Positions 8,918-17,363 of a stretch of DNA of 36,324 nucleotides are shown here, piece after piece; position 1 is the first letter of the stretch, and each line of letters starts with the position of its first letter. The stretch comes from Deltaproteobacteria bacterium (GTDB taxonomy: Bacteria > CG2-30-53-67): contig JAADIO010000059.1 in assembly GCA_013151235.1 (NCBI GenBank), positions 1 to 36,324 of the forward strand, written 5' to 3'. The notes under the pieces are model-generated. The model saw nothing but the letters and a program-made list of their open reading frames with translations, ran no database searches and was not told the origin of the DNA. Both the position numbers and the translations under genes were made by a program.

Positions 8918-9976
8918 TCACTTCCCCTTCACCATATCCTCAATATCACCGAAAATGGTGGAAGGAATGAGCGTATTTTTGGCGAAAGCAAGATAACCGG
9001 AATCCCAGAAGTAGAGCTGCATCCGCCACATCTCACCATACTGAGCGATTTGCCATTTGCCGTCCTTCCCTTTGTAGATTACTAACTCCAACGGCAGAGC
9101 CGGGGCATGATCAACGCCGGGATACTTGTTGTTATCCGCCTTGGCACTGAAACGGAAATCGGAATTGATGTTAATGCACTTGGTCTCGGTGTACCGGTTG
9201 GTAATCCCGAGCCAGGCGGCCTTGCCGTCGAACTTCTTGACGGCCACAACATGGAACCCTTTGTCCGTATCCGCCTGGCGACTGGCCGCAGCCTTACTCT
9301 TCAGGTCACCAATAATCGTATCGAGGCTCGTCGAACCATCGACCTCCTTGACCGTCAGCAGGCTTTCCCGGAAATCACGGAACTTGGCCATCATCTTGGC
9401 CGGACCGTCGCCGTCGTACCCGCGGTACTTGCTCAGCTTTCGGATCGGCTCCTGCTGTGTGCTGACTGCCTTGCCCGGCACGGCCCGGATGACCTGGACC
9501 AGTTCATTCTTGGCAGCGGAAGCTGCGGCCATCAGGGCATCGTTATTTTTCACGCCATCGAAATAAACATTGGCCAAGGCATCCGGATTGGCGATATTGA
9601 TATTGACCTTACCGTAAGCCTCGTAAACCCCGATTCGCAGGATCAGGACCGATATGGCATCGGCCGGCATGTTTCCCAGGGCCGCCTGATTGAAGACCGG
9701 GGAAGTCAGAATATAGGTCCGGGCCTTCTGCGCATTTTCGGGAACGGCAATGTCCATCTTGCCGAGAAGCTCCAGATTCGATTTTGCAATGCTTTGTTCA
9801 AGGGCTGCCGTCACCTCGGGAAAATCGTCATCCGCCTCGAGGACCTTCTGAAAGACCCCGACCTTGACGCTCTTTGCCATGGCCGTTGAGGCAAACGCAA
9901 GCATCAGAAAAACAGCAAACAAATTAACAATTATCCCTTTGTTGCGTATCCAGCTCATAAGTATTCCCTCCTTCAA
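8918..9976 (-). CDS. Exported protein, tandem DUF302-like domains
   Basis: Signal peptide (AMA-KS); ILRIGVY..NP, HAPALPLELVIY, WRMQLYFWD. Start is more likely at 9958 (MSWIR), which follows the RBS aaggaggg. Confidence 0.75.
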   Translation of the reverse strand: MKEGILMSWIRNKGIIVNLFAVFLMLAFASTAMAKSVKVGVFQKVLEADDDFPEVTAALEQSIAKSNLELLGKMDIAVPENAQKARTYILTSPVFNQAALGNMPADAISVLILRIGVYEAYGKVNINIANPDALANVYFDGVKNNDALMAAASAAKNELVQVIRAVPGKAVSTQQEPIRKLSKYRGYDGDGPAKMMAKFRDFRESLLTVKEVDGSTSLDTIIGDLKSKAAASRQADTDKGFHVVAVKKFDGKAAWLGITNRYTETKCININSDFRFSAKADNNKYPGVDHAPALPLELVIYKGKDGKWQIAQYGEMWRMQLYFWDSGYLAFAKNTLIPSTIFGDIEDMVKGK

Positions 9977-10109
9977 CCAATGTTAAAAAACTTTTTTCCT
10001 CCCTGATCCATAACGAACCGGTCTCCTCCCCCTCGCCCCCCCTTTCCTGAAAGTATAAAACGATCCCTCCAACCCTATTATTCCGGTCACTCCGGAAAAA
10101 CCCACATTA

Positions 10110-10127
10110 AATTAGCATATCTTAATT
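10110..10127. promoter_or_regulatory. Palindromic operator AATTA-N8-TAATT upstream of the DUF302-like genes
   Basis: aattagcatatcttaatt; lies downstream of a minus-strand TTGACA-N17-TAAGTT promoter (10176-10204). Confidence 0.4.
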
Positions 10128-10215
10128 ATTTCATAACCTCTTATTTTTACAGGTTTTTCCCGAAAGCTTTCCGTCAACTTACCGGAAGATATTGTCGCTG
10201 TCAAGGATTTTCATC

Positions 10216-11619
10216 TTACCTCTCTTTCGGCTTGGGTAGATGAATACAGATCCCATGTACGGCATGAGCCGTCTCCATGACCACCTCGGAGAGGGTCGGA
10301 TGAGAATGGATCGTATCCCCCAGGTCCCTGACCGTCCCGCCCAGTTTCATGACCAGGGCACCTTCCTGAACGATATCCGAGGCATGGGCGCCCAGTATAT
10401 GCATCCCGAGAAGACGGTCGGTCTTCGCATCGGCCACGATCTTGGCCATCCCCGTGATCTTTCCCATGGCATGGGATTTCCCCAGTCCGCGGTAGGGGAA
10501 GGTCCCGACGGCGACGTCGAATCCCTTCTCCCGCGCCTGCGCCTCCGTCAATCCCACGGTCCCGATCTCGGGCATGGTGAAGATCGCACCGGGAACAACA
10601 CTGTAATCGACGGGACTTTCCTTTCCGAGGGCGTTCTCCGCTGCGGCGATCCCCTCGGTGGAGGCAACGTGGGCCAGCAGGATTCCCCCCGTCACATCCC
10701 CTATTGCGTAGATGCCGGGGACGCTGGTCTCCAATTTCTCATTGACCTCGATATTCCCGCGGGGACCGACCTTCACGCCTGCGGCGTCCAGGTTCAGACC
10801 GTCCGTATTGAAGGTCCTGCCGATGGAGACCAGCACCTGGTCGGTGATGATCTCCTTGCCGGAGGCGAGCGAGGCAACCATCTTCCCTTCCCCGTTCTCC
10901 TTCACCGATTCGATCTTTTCATCGCAGTAAAGCTTGATCTTCTTCTTTTTCAGTTCCCGCTCGAGAAGAGCCGTGATCTCCTCGTCCACGAGAGGAATGG
11001 CATGGGGCATCATCTCGACCATGGTGATCTTCACCCCGAGGGCATTGAGGATGAAGGCAAACTCGCAGCCGATCACCCCGGCACCGATCACCAGGAGGGT
11101 CCCGGGGAGTTTTTTCAGAAAAAGCGCATCGTCGCTGGAGATGATCTTCTCCCCGTCCAGGGGAAAGACGGGGATGTTCGCCGGACGAGAGCCGGTCGCC
11201 AGGATGATCCTGTCGGCGGCCACATCCTCCGTCCCGCCCTCACGCAACTGCACGGTCACGGTCCGGGCATCCCTGAGGCTCCCCGTCCCCTCGATGAGGC
11301 GGATCTTATGACTCTTGAAAAGTGACCGGATCCCCTTGACCTGGGTGGAGACCACCTTGTCTTTCCGTTTCATCATGGCCTCCAGGCTGTAGGTCACCTC
11401 GCCTGCAACCTCTACCCCGTAGTCCCTGGCATGACGCACCATTTCCAAAGCCTCGGCCGAGTAGACCAGCGCCTTCGTGGGGATGCACCCGCGGTTCAGG
11501 CAGGTTCCCCCCACCTCGTCGTTTTCCACCACCGTCACCTCGGCGCCGAGCTGTGCCGCCCGGATCGCCGCCACATATCCGCCGGGGCCCGCCCCGACAA
11601 TCACAACATGTTCCGACAT
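10216..11619 (-). CDS. lpdA: Dihydrolipoyl dehydrogenase
   Basis: GAGPGGYVAA, GGTCLNRGCIPTK redox disulfide, GAGVIGCE, HPTLSE. Confidence 0.96.
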   Translation of the reverse strand: MSEHVVIVGAGPGGYVAAIRAAQLGAEVTVVENDEVGGTCLNRGCIPTKALVYSAEALEMVRHARDYGVEVAGEVTYSLEAMMKRKDKVVSTQVKGIRSLFKSHKIRLIEGTGSLRDARTVTVQLREGGTEDVAADRIILATGSRPANIPVFPLDGEKIISSDDALFLKKLPGTLLVIGAGVIGCEFAFILNALGVKITMVEMMPHAIPLVDEEITALLERELKKKKIKLYCDEKIESVKENGEGKMVASLASGKEIITDQVLVSIGRTFNTDGLNLDAAGVKVGPRGNIEVNEKLETSVPGIYAIGDVTGGILLAHVASTEGIAAAENALGKESPVDYSVVPGAIFTMPEIGTVGLTEAQAREKGFDVAVGTFPYRGLGKSHAMGKITGMAKIVADAKTDRLLGMHILGAHASDIVQEGALVMKLGGTVRDLGDTIHSHPTLSEVVMETAHAVHGICIHLPKPKER

Positions 11620-11729
11620 ATCTTATTCTCCCTGCTCAACCATTGCCATAAATAAACCGACAGACCTGAAAGAAAAAAAAAGGGATTCACGTTGAATCCC
11701 TTTCAAAGCATTTATCAGGATGGAACCCA

Positions 11730-12116
11730 TCAGTCGCTCTCTTCCTCCACGAAGGCCTGGTAGGCCTCTGCTCCCATCAGTCCCTTCAACTCGGAGGGAT
11801 CTGAGAGCTTGATCCGAACGATCCACCCGTCTCCGTAAGGGGCCTCATTGATCGTCTCCGGGGCATCTTCTATATCCTCGTTGACTTCGATTACCGTCCC
11901 GCTCACGGGAGACAGCACCGACGATGTGGCCTTGGTCGATTCCACTTCGGCCACTTCTTCCCCGGCCTCCACGTCGTCGTCGATTTCCGGGACATCAACG
12001 TAGACGATATCGCCCAAGCTCTCCTGCGCATAGTCCGTAATCCCGACCGTTCCCTCATCCTCTTCGACACGGACCCAAGTGTGATCCTTTGAATATTTCA
12101 GATCCTCAGGATTCAT
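11730..12116 (-). CDS. gcvH: Glycine cleavage system H protein (lipoyl carrier)
   Basis: Y...H.W, GITDYAQESLGDIVYV, lipoyl-Lys motif VESTKA, PYGDGW. Confidence 0.95.
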   Translation of the reverse strand: MNPEDLKYSKDHTWVRVEEDEGTVGITDYAQESLGDIVYVDVPEIDDDVEAGEEVAEVESTKATSSVLSPVSGTVIEVNEDIEDAPETINEAPYGDGWIVRIKLSDPSELKGLMGAEAYQAFVEEESD

Positions 12117-12176
12117 ATCTATTCCTCCTTCTCATGCAGATTCTTTATGGATACAGCCCTCAACAAAAGTGGAGTG

Positions 12177-12206
12177 ATCTTATCGAACAACCCTTTCTCG
12201 TGTCAA
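12177..12206 (-). promoter_or_regulatory. Putative sigma70 promoter of gcvH-lpdA
   Basis: TTGACA-N18-TAAGAT on the minus strand. Confidence 0.5.
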
Positions 12207-12308
12207 GTCTAAAAAACCAGGAAAACAAAGCAGGAACCAAGGTGAAAAACCGGCCTTCACAAAACCGGGCCTTCCCTGCAGATCCCCGGGGAGGCGTTGA
12301 AAAAACCC

Positions 12309-13076
12309 TCAGAAAAACCAGAACCGTTTTCGTCGCGGGAAGGCCTCCACCACGGCCGCCTCGATCTCTCCTCCGGCAAGGACGATCTCCGGATGATCCA
12401 CCACGAATCTTCGGGCCGTCTCCCTGCCGACCAGGTTCTCGGCCACCTTCAGGGCCGGAAGAAGAGAGGGGTTCCGCCATCCGGTCGAGTGGGCATCGGA
12501 AGCGATAAAATGGACCCCGCCCGCCTCGATCAGCGCCCGGGAGAACCACTCACTCTCTTTCCCGAATTCCCCGGTCACGCTCATGGCCGTGATCTGGCAG
12601 AGAGCGCCGGCGGAGAGGAGTTCCAACAGGATGGAAGGGTTCCGGAGGATCGGGAGATTCCGTTCCGGGTGGGTGATGATCGGAAGATAGCCGTTGCTGA
12701 TCAAGTCGAAGACCAGGCCATGAAGATTCTTCGGCAATACACGGGAGGGGAGTTCGAGAAGAAAATACTTTCCATGGTTCAGGGTCACGCCTTTCCCCTG
12801 GGCGAACCGTTCCGGCAGATCCGGGACCAGATGGAGATCGGACCCGGGATAAAGTTTCAGGGGAATCCCCTCTTCTTCGAGCAGGTTCCGGGTCCTCTCA
12901 AAAACCGAGAGAATTAATTCCCGATCGGTGGAAAACATCTCCTGAAACAGGTGGGGCGTAGCAAAGATCGCCGTCACCCCCTCGGCCAGGGCCAAACGGC
13001 ACATCTGAATCGTCTCTTCCGGATTGTCCGCACCGTCATCAAGACCGGGAAGGATATGGCAATGGATATCAATCAT
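12309..13076 (-). CDS. CpsB/CapC/YwqE-family PHP tyrosine-protein phosphatase
   Basis: MIDIHCHILPGLDDG, ATPH, THPERN, ASDAH; start set at the Met of MIDIH. Confidence 0.93.
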   Translation of the reverse strand: MIDIHCHILPGLDDGADNPEETIQMCRLALAEGVTAIFATPHLFQEMFSTDRELILSVFERTRNLLEEEGIPLKLYPGSDLHLVPDLPERFAQGKGVTLNHGKYFLLELPSRVLPKNLHGLVFDLISNGYLPIITHPERNLPILRNPSILLELLSAGALCQITAMSVTGEFGKESEWFSRALIEAGGVHFIASDAHSTGWRNPSLLPALKVAENLVGRETARRFVVDHPEIVLAGGEIEAAVVEAFPRRKRFWFF

Positions 13077-13241
13077 CAAACAAGCTCCCGGCATTCAGCA
13101 ACCACTCATCAGCACTCTTCAACAGAAGATACACGGCTTGCCGGGACGGCGTCAACCCAAAATCAATCTGTAAACGCTTGATTTCAGGAAGGGGATAGGA
13201 TAATATCGGGCCAGTTACTCTGTTGGTGAGGAACATTTCTC

Positions 13242-13721
13242 TTGTCCGAGCTCACACATTTCGACGAAGACGGCCGCGCCAGAATGGTCGATGTCTCCGC
13301 CAAGGACGAAACGGAGCGGGTGGCCGTGGCCCGGGGTTCGATTGCCATGAAGCCCGAGACCTTCCGGCTGATCGAAGACCGCAGGATCGCCAAGGGGGAC
13401 GTCCTGGGGGTAGCCCGGGTGGCCGGGATCATGGCGGCGAAGAAAACGTCCGGGATCATCCCCATGTGCCACGCACTGAACCTTACCGGGATCGATATCT
13501 ACTTTCAGCCCGACGAGAAAAACTCCCGCATCGGCATCGAAGCGGAAGTCCGGATCGTCGGGAAGACCGGCGTGGAGATGGAGGCCTTGACGGCCGTCTC
13601 CGCGGCGGCGCTCACAATCTACGACATGGCCAAGGCCGTGGACCGGGGGATGGTGATCTCCGAGATCCGCCTGATGAAGAAGAGCGGCGGTAAGAGCGGA
13701 AGTTATGTGCGGGAGGGATAA
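13242..13721 (+). CDS. moaC: Cyclic pyranopterin monophosphate synthase MoaC
   Basis: [53 protein letters not shown] start with RBS gagga. Confidence 0.96.
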   Translation: MSELTHFDEDGRARMVDVSAKDETERVAVARGSIAMKPETFRLIEDRRIAKGDVLGVARVAGIMAAKKTSGIIPMCHALNLTGIDIYFQPDEKNSRIGIEAEVRIVGKTGVEMEALTAVSAAALTIYDMAKAVDRGMVISEIRLMKKSGGKSGSYVREG

Positions 13722-13774
13722 ATTTTCCCTGCCCCCCTTTCACCAAAAAGATACAGAAACCGGGAGGGTATATC

Positions 13775-15517
13775 ATGCGCATCAAACTGATCGATCCGGC
13801 ATTGAAACAGTCTCACATGAAGCACAGCCGCAAGGAAGTGCAGGAGCTCTGGTTCCCGCGCCTGAGCCTGCCGATCATCGCCGCGCTGACACCGCCGGAA
13901 CACGCGGTGACGATCACCGACGAAACGGTGGAGCCGCTCGACATCAACGACAGGCCCGACCTCGTCGGGATCGGCGCCATGAGTACCTATATCCCGAGGG
14001 CCTACGAGATCGCGGACGACTACCGGAAGCGGGGAGTCCCTGTGGTGATCGGCGGAATCCACGCCTCCCTCATGCCGGAGGAAGCGCTGCAGCACGCCGA
14101 CGCCGTGGTCGTGGGAGAGGCGGAGAACCTCTGGGGGCGGGTCCTCGCCGATGCCGAGGCCGGCAAAATGAAAGGGATCTACAAATCAGACCGGCCGGCG
14201 GAGATGGACCGGGTCCCGATGCCGCGGCTCGACCTTTTGAGACGGGACCGCTACATGACAGCCAATTCCCTTCAGACCACCCGGGGCTGCCCGTTCTCCT
14301 GCGACTTCTGTTCCGTGACGGAATTCTTCGGAAACACCTACCGGTTCCGGCCGGTCGGGCAGGTCGTCGCCGAGGTACGCCGCCTGAAGGAGGATTTTAA
14401 CGCGAAGTTCATCGCTTTCGTTGATGATAACATCGTGGGAAATCCGAAATACGCCAAAGAGCTCTTCCGGGCATTGATCCCCCTGAAGATCAAGTGGGGC
14501 AGCCAGGGATCTCTCACCATGGCAAAGGACGACGAGCTGCTTGACCTTGCGGCGAAGAGCGGATGCGTCTCGATGTTTGTCGGGATCGAATCGATCTCCG
14601 AGGCGAGCCTGAAGGCGGCGAACAAGAAGATCAACAAGGTCGCCGACTACGAGAAGTCCATCGCGAAAATCCATGATCACGGGATCATGATCAACGCCGG
14701 TTTCATTTTCGGTTTCGACACCGACGATGAGGGAGTCTTCGAACGGACGGTCCGTTTCGTACAGAAGAACCGGCTCACACTACCGACCTATCACATCCTC
14801 ACTCCGCTGCCGGGCACCCACCTTTTCCACCGGCTGAAGGAGGAGGGGCGGATCTTCGATTTCAACTGGGCGAACTACAACTCGGGCAATGCCGTCTTCA
14901 CCCCCCGGCTCATGAGTCCGGAGACCCTGCAAGAGGGGTATTTCTGGGCCTTTCATGAAACATACACCCTCTCATCGATCGCGCAGAGGGTCTTTCACCC
15001 GCAGCCGAGACTCTTTCAGCGGACGGCACTGAATCTCGCTTACCGGCGGATCGTCCGGCGGAGTCCGGAAGGTAACCTTTCCCCGTTTTCCGAGATCTTC
15101 AACCGGATTCCGGAGATCATCCCATCGAGGGAAAAGATCTCCACCGCGATTGAACTTTCCACCCGCGGTGCTCGGGAGACAACGAACCGGATCGTCGATT
15201 TTCTAAAAATACAAATTTGCAAGATCGGAACGGAGCCGATCTTCCAGTTCGACCTGCAGGGCGTCCTGGACCGGGTCTCCGCCCGCAAGCTATGGAAGAA
15301 GAGCCGGATGGCGCTCAACCGCGGGGCCGAGATGGTCGTGATCAATTTCCAGGAGGTCCGGGCGGTCACACCGAATGCCCTGAAAATTCTTCTCTTCAGG
15401 ACGAGAAGAATCCGGAAGTTCCACCAGAAAATCCGCCTGATCAACATCGATCCGAACTATGTGGATGCCGTGCGAAAAATTACCGGTTTCCAGGTTTATG
15501 CCCGGGAGAGGCGGTAG
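13775..15517 (+). CDS. B12-binding radical SAM protein with C-terminal STAS-like domain
   Basis: Cobalamin-binding GGIHAS..PEE..VV.GEAE, TRGCPFSCDFC, FVDDN, GIES; C-terminal LQGVLD...VVINFQEVRAVTPNALKIL resembles STAS. Confidence 0.88.
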   Translation: MRIKLIDPALKQSHMKHSRKEVQELWFPRLSLPIIAALTPPEHAVTITDETVEPLDINDRPDLVGIGAMSTYIPRAYEIADDYRKRGVPVVIGGIHASLMPEEALQHADAVVVGEAENLWGRVLADAEAGKMKGIYKSDRPAEMDRVPMPRLDLLRRDRYMTANSLQTTRGCPFSCDFCSVTEFFGNTYRFRPVGQVVAEVRRLKEDFNAKFIAFVDDNIVGNPKYAKELFRALIPLKIKWGSQGSLTMAKDDELLDLAAKSGCVSMFVGIESISEASLKAANKKINKVADYEKSIAKIHDHGIMINAGFIFGFDTDDEGVFERTVRFVQKNRLTLPTYHILTPLPGTHLFHRLKEEGRIFDFNWANYNSGNAVFTPRLMSPETLQEGYFWAFHETYTLSSIAQRVFHPQPRLFQRTALNLAYRRIVRRSPEGNLSPFSEIFNRIPEIIPSREKISTAIELSTRGARETTNRIVDFLKIQICKIGTEPIFQFDLQGVLDRVSARKLWKKSRMALNRGAEMVVINFQEVRAVTPNALKILLFRTRRIRKFHQKIRLINIDPNYVDAVRKITGFQVYARERR

Positions 15518-15553
15518 AAGTGAACATTCCTGCATATTAAGGAGACCAAATCA

Positions 15554-17314
15554 ATGCAACATCAGGAGCGTGGCATCATTTGTTTCAGCGTACTTTCTTT
15601 GCTTCTCTTACTCTCCGGGCTCTTTTTCACTGCCCCCGCCACGGCCGGTCTCCAGTCCGAACTGACGGCGCGGCTCAATACCGCCTATCCCCACTTCACG
15701 GGCAAGATCATCGGGGGATCGGGGAAAACCCTTGTAGTAAAACAAACTTCCGCCGGGCCCGTACAACCGGGGGCAACGCTCCTCGTGAGGGGAAAAACGG
15801 AAGTCAGGGTCCTTTCCGTTCGAGGAACGTCACTGAAAACGGAAATGGAGCAACCCGAAAAAATCCGGCCCGGCGAGACGGTCACCGGGCTTCCTCGGCC
15901 GTTGAAAACGGCGCTGGTCCCACTATCGAAGAATGCGCTGCAGTATCTCCTTCTGCATCCCTTCCCGAAGGGCGAAATCGAAACCGTCCGGACCGAGGAT
16001 GTACTCACGGCCATGATCGAAATGGGAATCACTGATTTCAGCACCATCCAGCCGGAAGAGCTGTCCGGACTCCGCAAAATTCTGAATGTCGACCTGATCC
16101 TTCAGGTCAAGACGATGGAAGGTCTTGGAGAGAAACTGCTCCGAATCGCCCCAGTGCCCGAACCGGGAGGAAGTTCCTTTCCCCCCTTCTCGGTCCTGCT
16201 GAACCAGGGAACCTTCCCCGCCGCCATAAAGGCTGCAACGTCGGCATCGCTCGTGCCGCAGCAAGTCGCGCCCCCAATGCCGGTCATGCTCCCGGCGAAA
16301 CCGGGAAGCCCCGCAGCCTTTGTGCCCCTCGTGCCGGAACAGCAGGAACCCAAACCGGCGCCGGCCCTGCAACCGTCGGCAACGCCTTCCACCACACCCT
16401 CCGCCCACCGGATGCCGGAACTTTCCGGTTTCAACAGCCCGGATCGCTGGGTCCGTATATTGGAGTTATCCGATGAAGTCGTCTCCATGGCGACGGGAAG
16501 TCTGACGGGTCTCGGGAAAAAAGAACTGGCTCTTTCTTTCCCCGGCGAGATCAGAATTTATTCCTACTCGGAAAGAAAAAACCGTTTCCGGGAACGAAAA
16601 ACCTTGGAAAGTGAGGATCTCGACACCCTCTTCCGGATCGAAACCTATGATGTCAACGGAGACGGAGAGGATGAGGTCATTGGTGACACCGACCGAGGGG
16701 TCGTACTCATTACCGTACAGGGAGAAAATCCGAAAATCGTAGAGAAGCAGAAAGGGATCGTCATTCGGAAGATCGGAGACAATCTCTTCTCGCAAAAAAT
16801 CGCCGACTTGACCGAAGGAAACCCGGTGATCCACCCGGTCTCCTGGAACGGACGGAGATGGGTCGAAGGAGGGGACATCAAAATCCCTGACGGTGCCGAC
16901 CTTTTCTCCCTGGTTTCACTCTCCTCCGCCCCGCCACGATTTATCGATTCGGACCACCGGCTCACCGGCGCCGGGAAGAGCGCACGCCATTCGGGTTACG
17001 GACGTTGCAACATCGCCCGGTTGCTCAAAATCGATTTTCCGGTTACCGGGCGGTCCCTGACCGTTCCCTTCGGGGAACTCCTTTTTTCCAACACCACCGG
17101 CAGCACCTTCAAAATCGGCAAAGTCAACTACCCGACCGGCGGCAAGGTCATCTTCCTGTCCAAAGAGGCGGCGCCAATCTCCTCTCCCCCCTTCCTCGGG
17201 TATGTCGCAGACATCGCACTTTACGACATGGACGGAGACGGAACGGATGAAATCTTCGTCTCCGAGATCAGCTCCGGTCTGACGGGAACAAAAACGTATA
17301 TTCTACGGTATTAG
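15554..17314 (+). CDS. Exported protein with Pro/Ala-rich linker and FG-GAP/VCBS-type repeats
   Basis: Signal peptide; Pro-rich linker; DVNGDGEDEV and DMDGDGTDEI Ca-binding-type motifs. Confidence 0.75.
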   Translation: MQHQERGIICFSVLSLLLLLSGLFFTAPATAGLQSELTARLNTAYPHFTGKIIGGSGKTLVVKQTSAGPVQPGATLLVRGKTEVRVLSVRGTSLKTEMEQPEKIRPGETVTGLPRPLKTALVPLSKNALQYLLLHPFPKGEIETVRTEDVLTAMIEMGITDFSTIQPEELSGLRKILNVDLILQVKTMEGLGEKLLRIAPVPEPGGSSFPPFSVLLNQGTFPAAIKAATSASLVPQQVAPPMPVMLPAKPGSPAAFVPLVPEQQEPKPAPALQPSATPSTTPSAHRMPELSGFNSPDRWVRILELSDEVVSMATGSLTGLGKKELALSFPGEIRIYSYSERKNRFRERKTLESEDLDTLFRIETYDVNGDGEDEVIGDTDRGVVLITVQGENPKIVEKQKGIVIRKIGDNLFSQKIADLTEGNPVIHPVSWNGRRWVEGGDIKIPDGADLFSLVSLSSAPPRFIDSDHRLTGAGKSARHSGYGRCNIARLLKIDFPVTGRSLTVPFGELLFSNTTGSTFKIGKVNYPTGGKVIFLSKEAAPISSPPFLGYVADIALYDMDGDGTDEIFVSEISSGLTGTKTYILRY

Positions 17315-17363
17315 GGCATGCCGTGAGACCCTTAGTGGTCCTGTTCGTAAAAGGGACTTGGGT

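Noticed and set aside
11730-12116. GcvH as an sHdr-associated LbpA sulfur carrier
   Set aside because: It has no cysteines, and no shdr genes are in the window.
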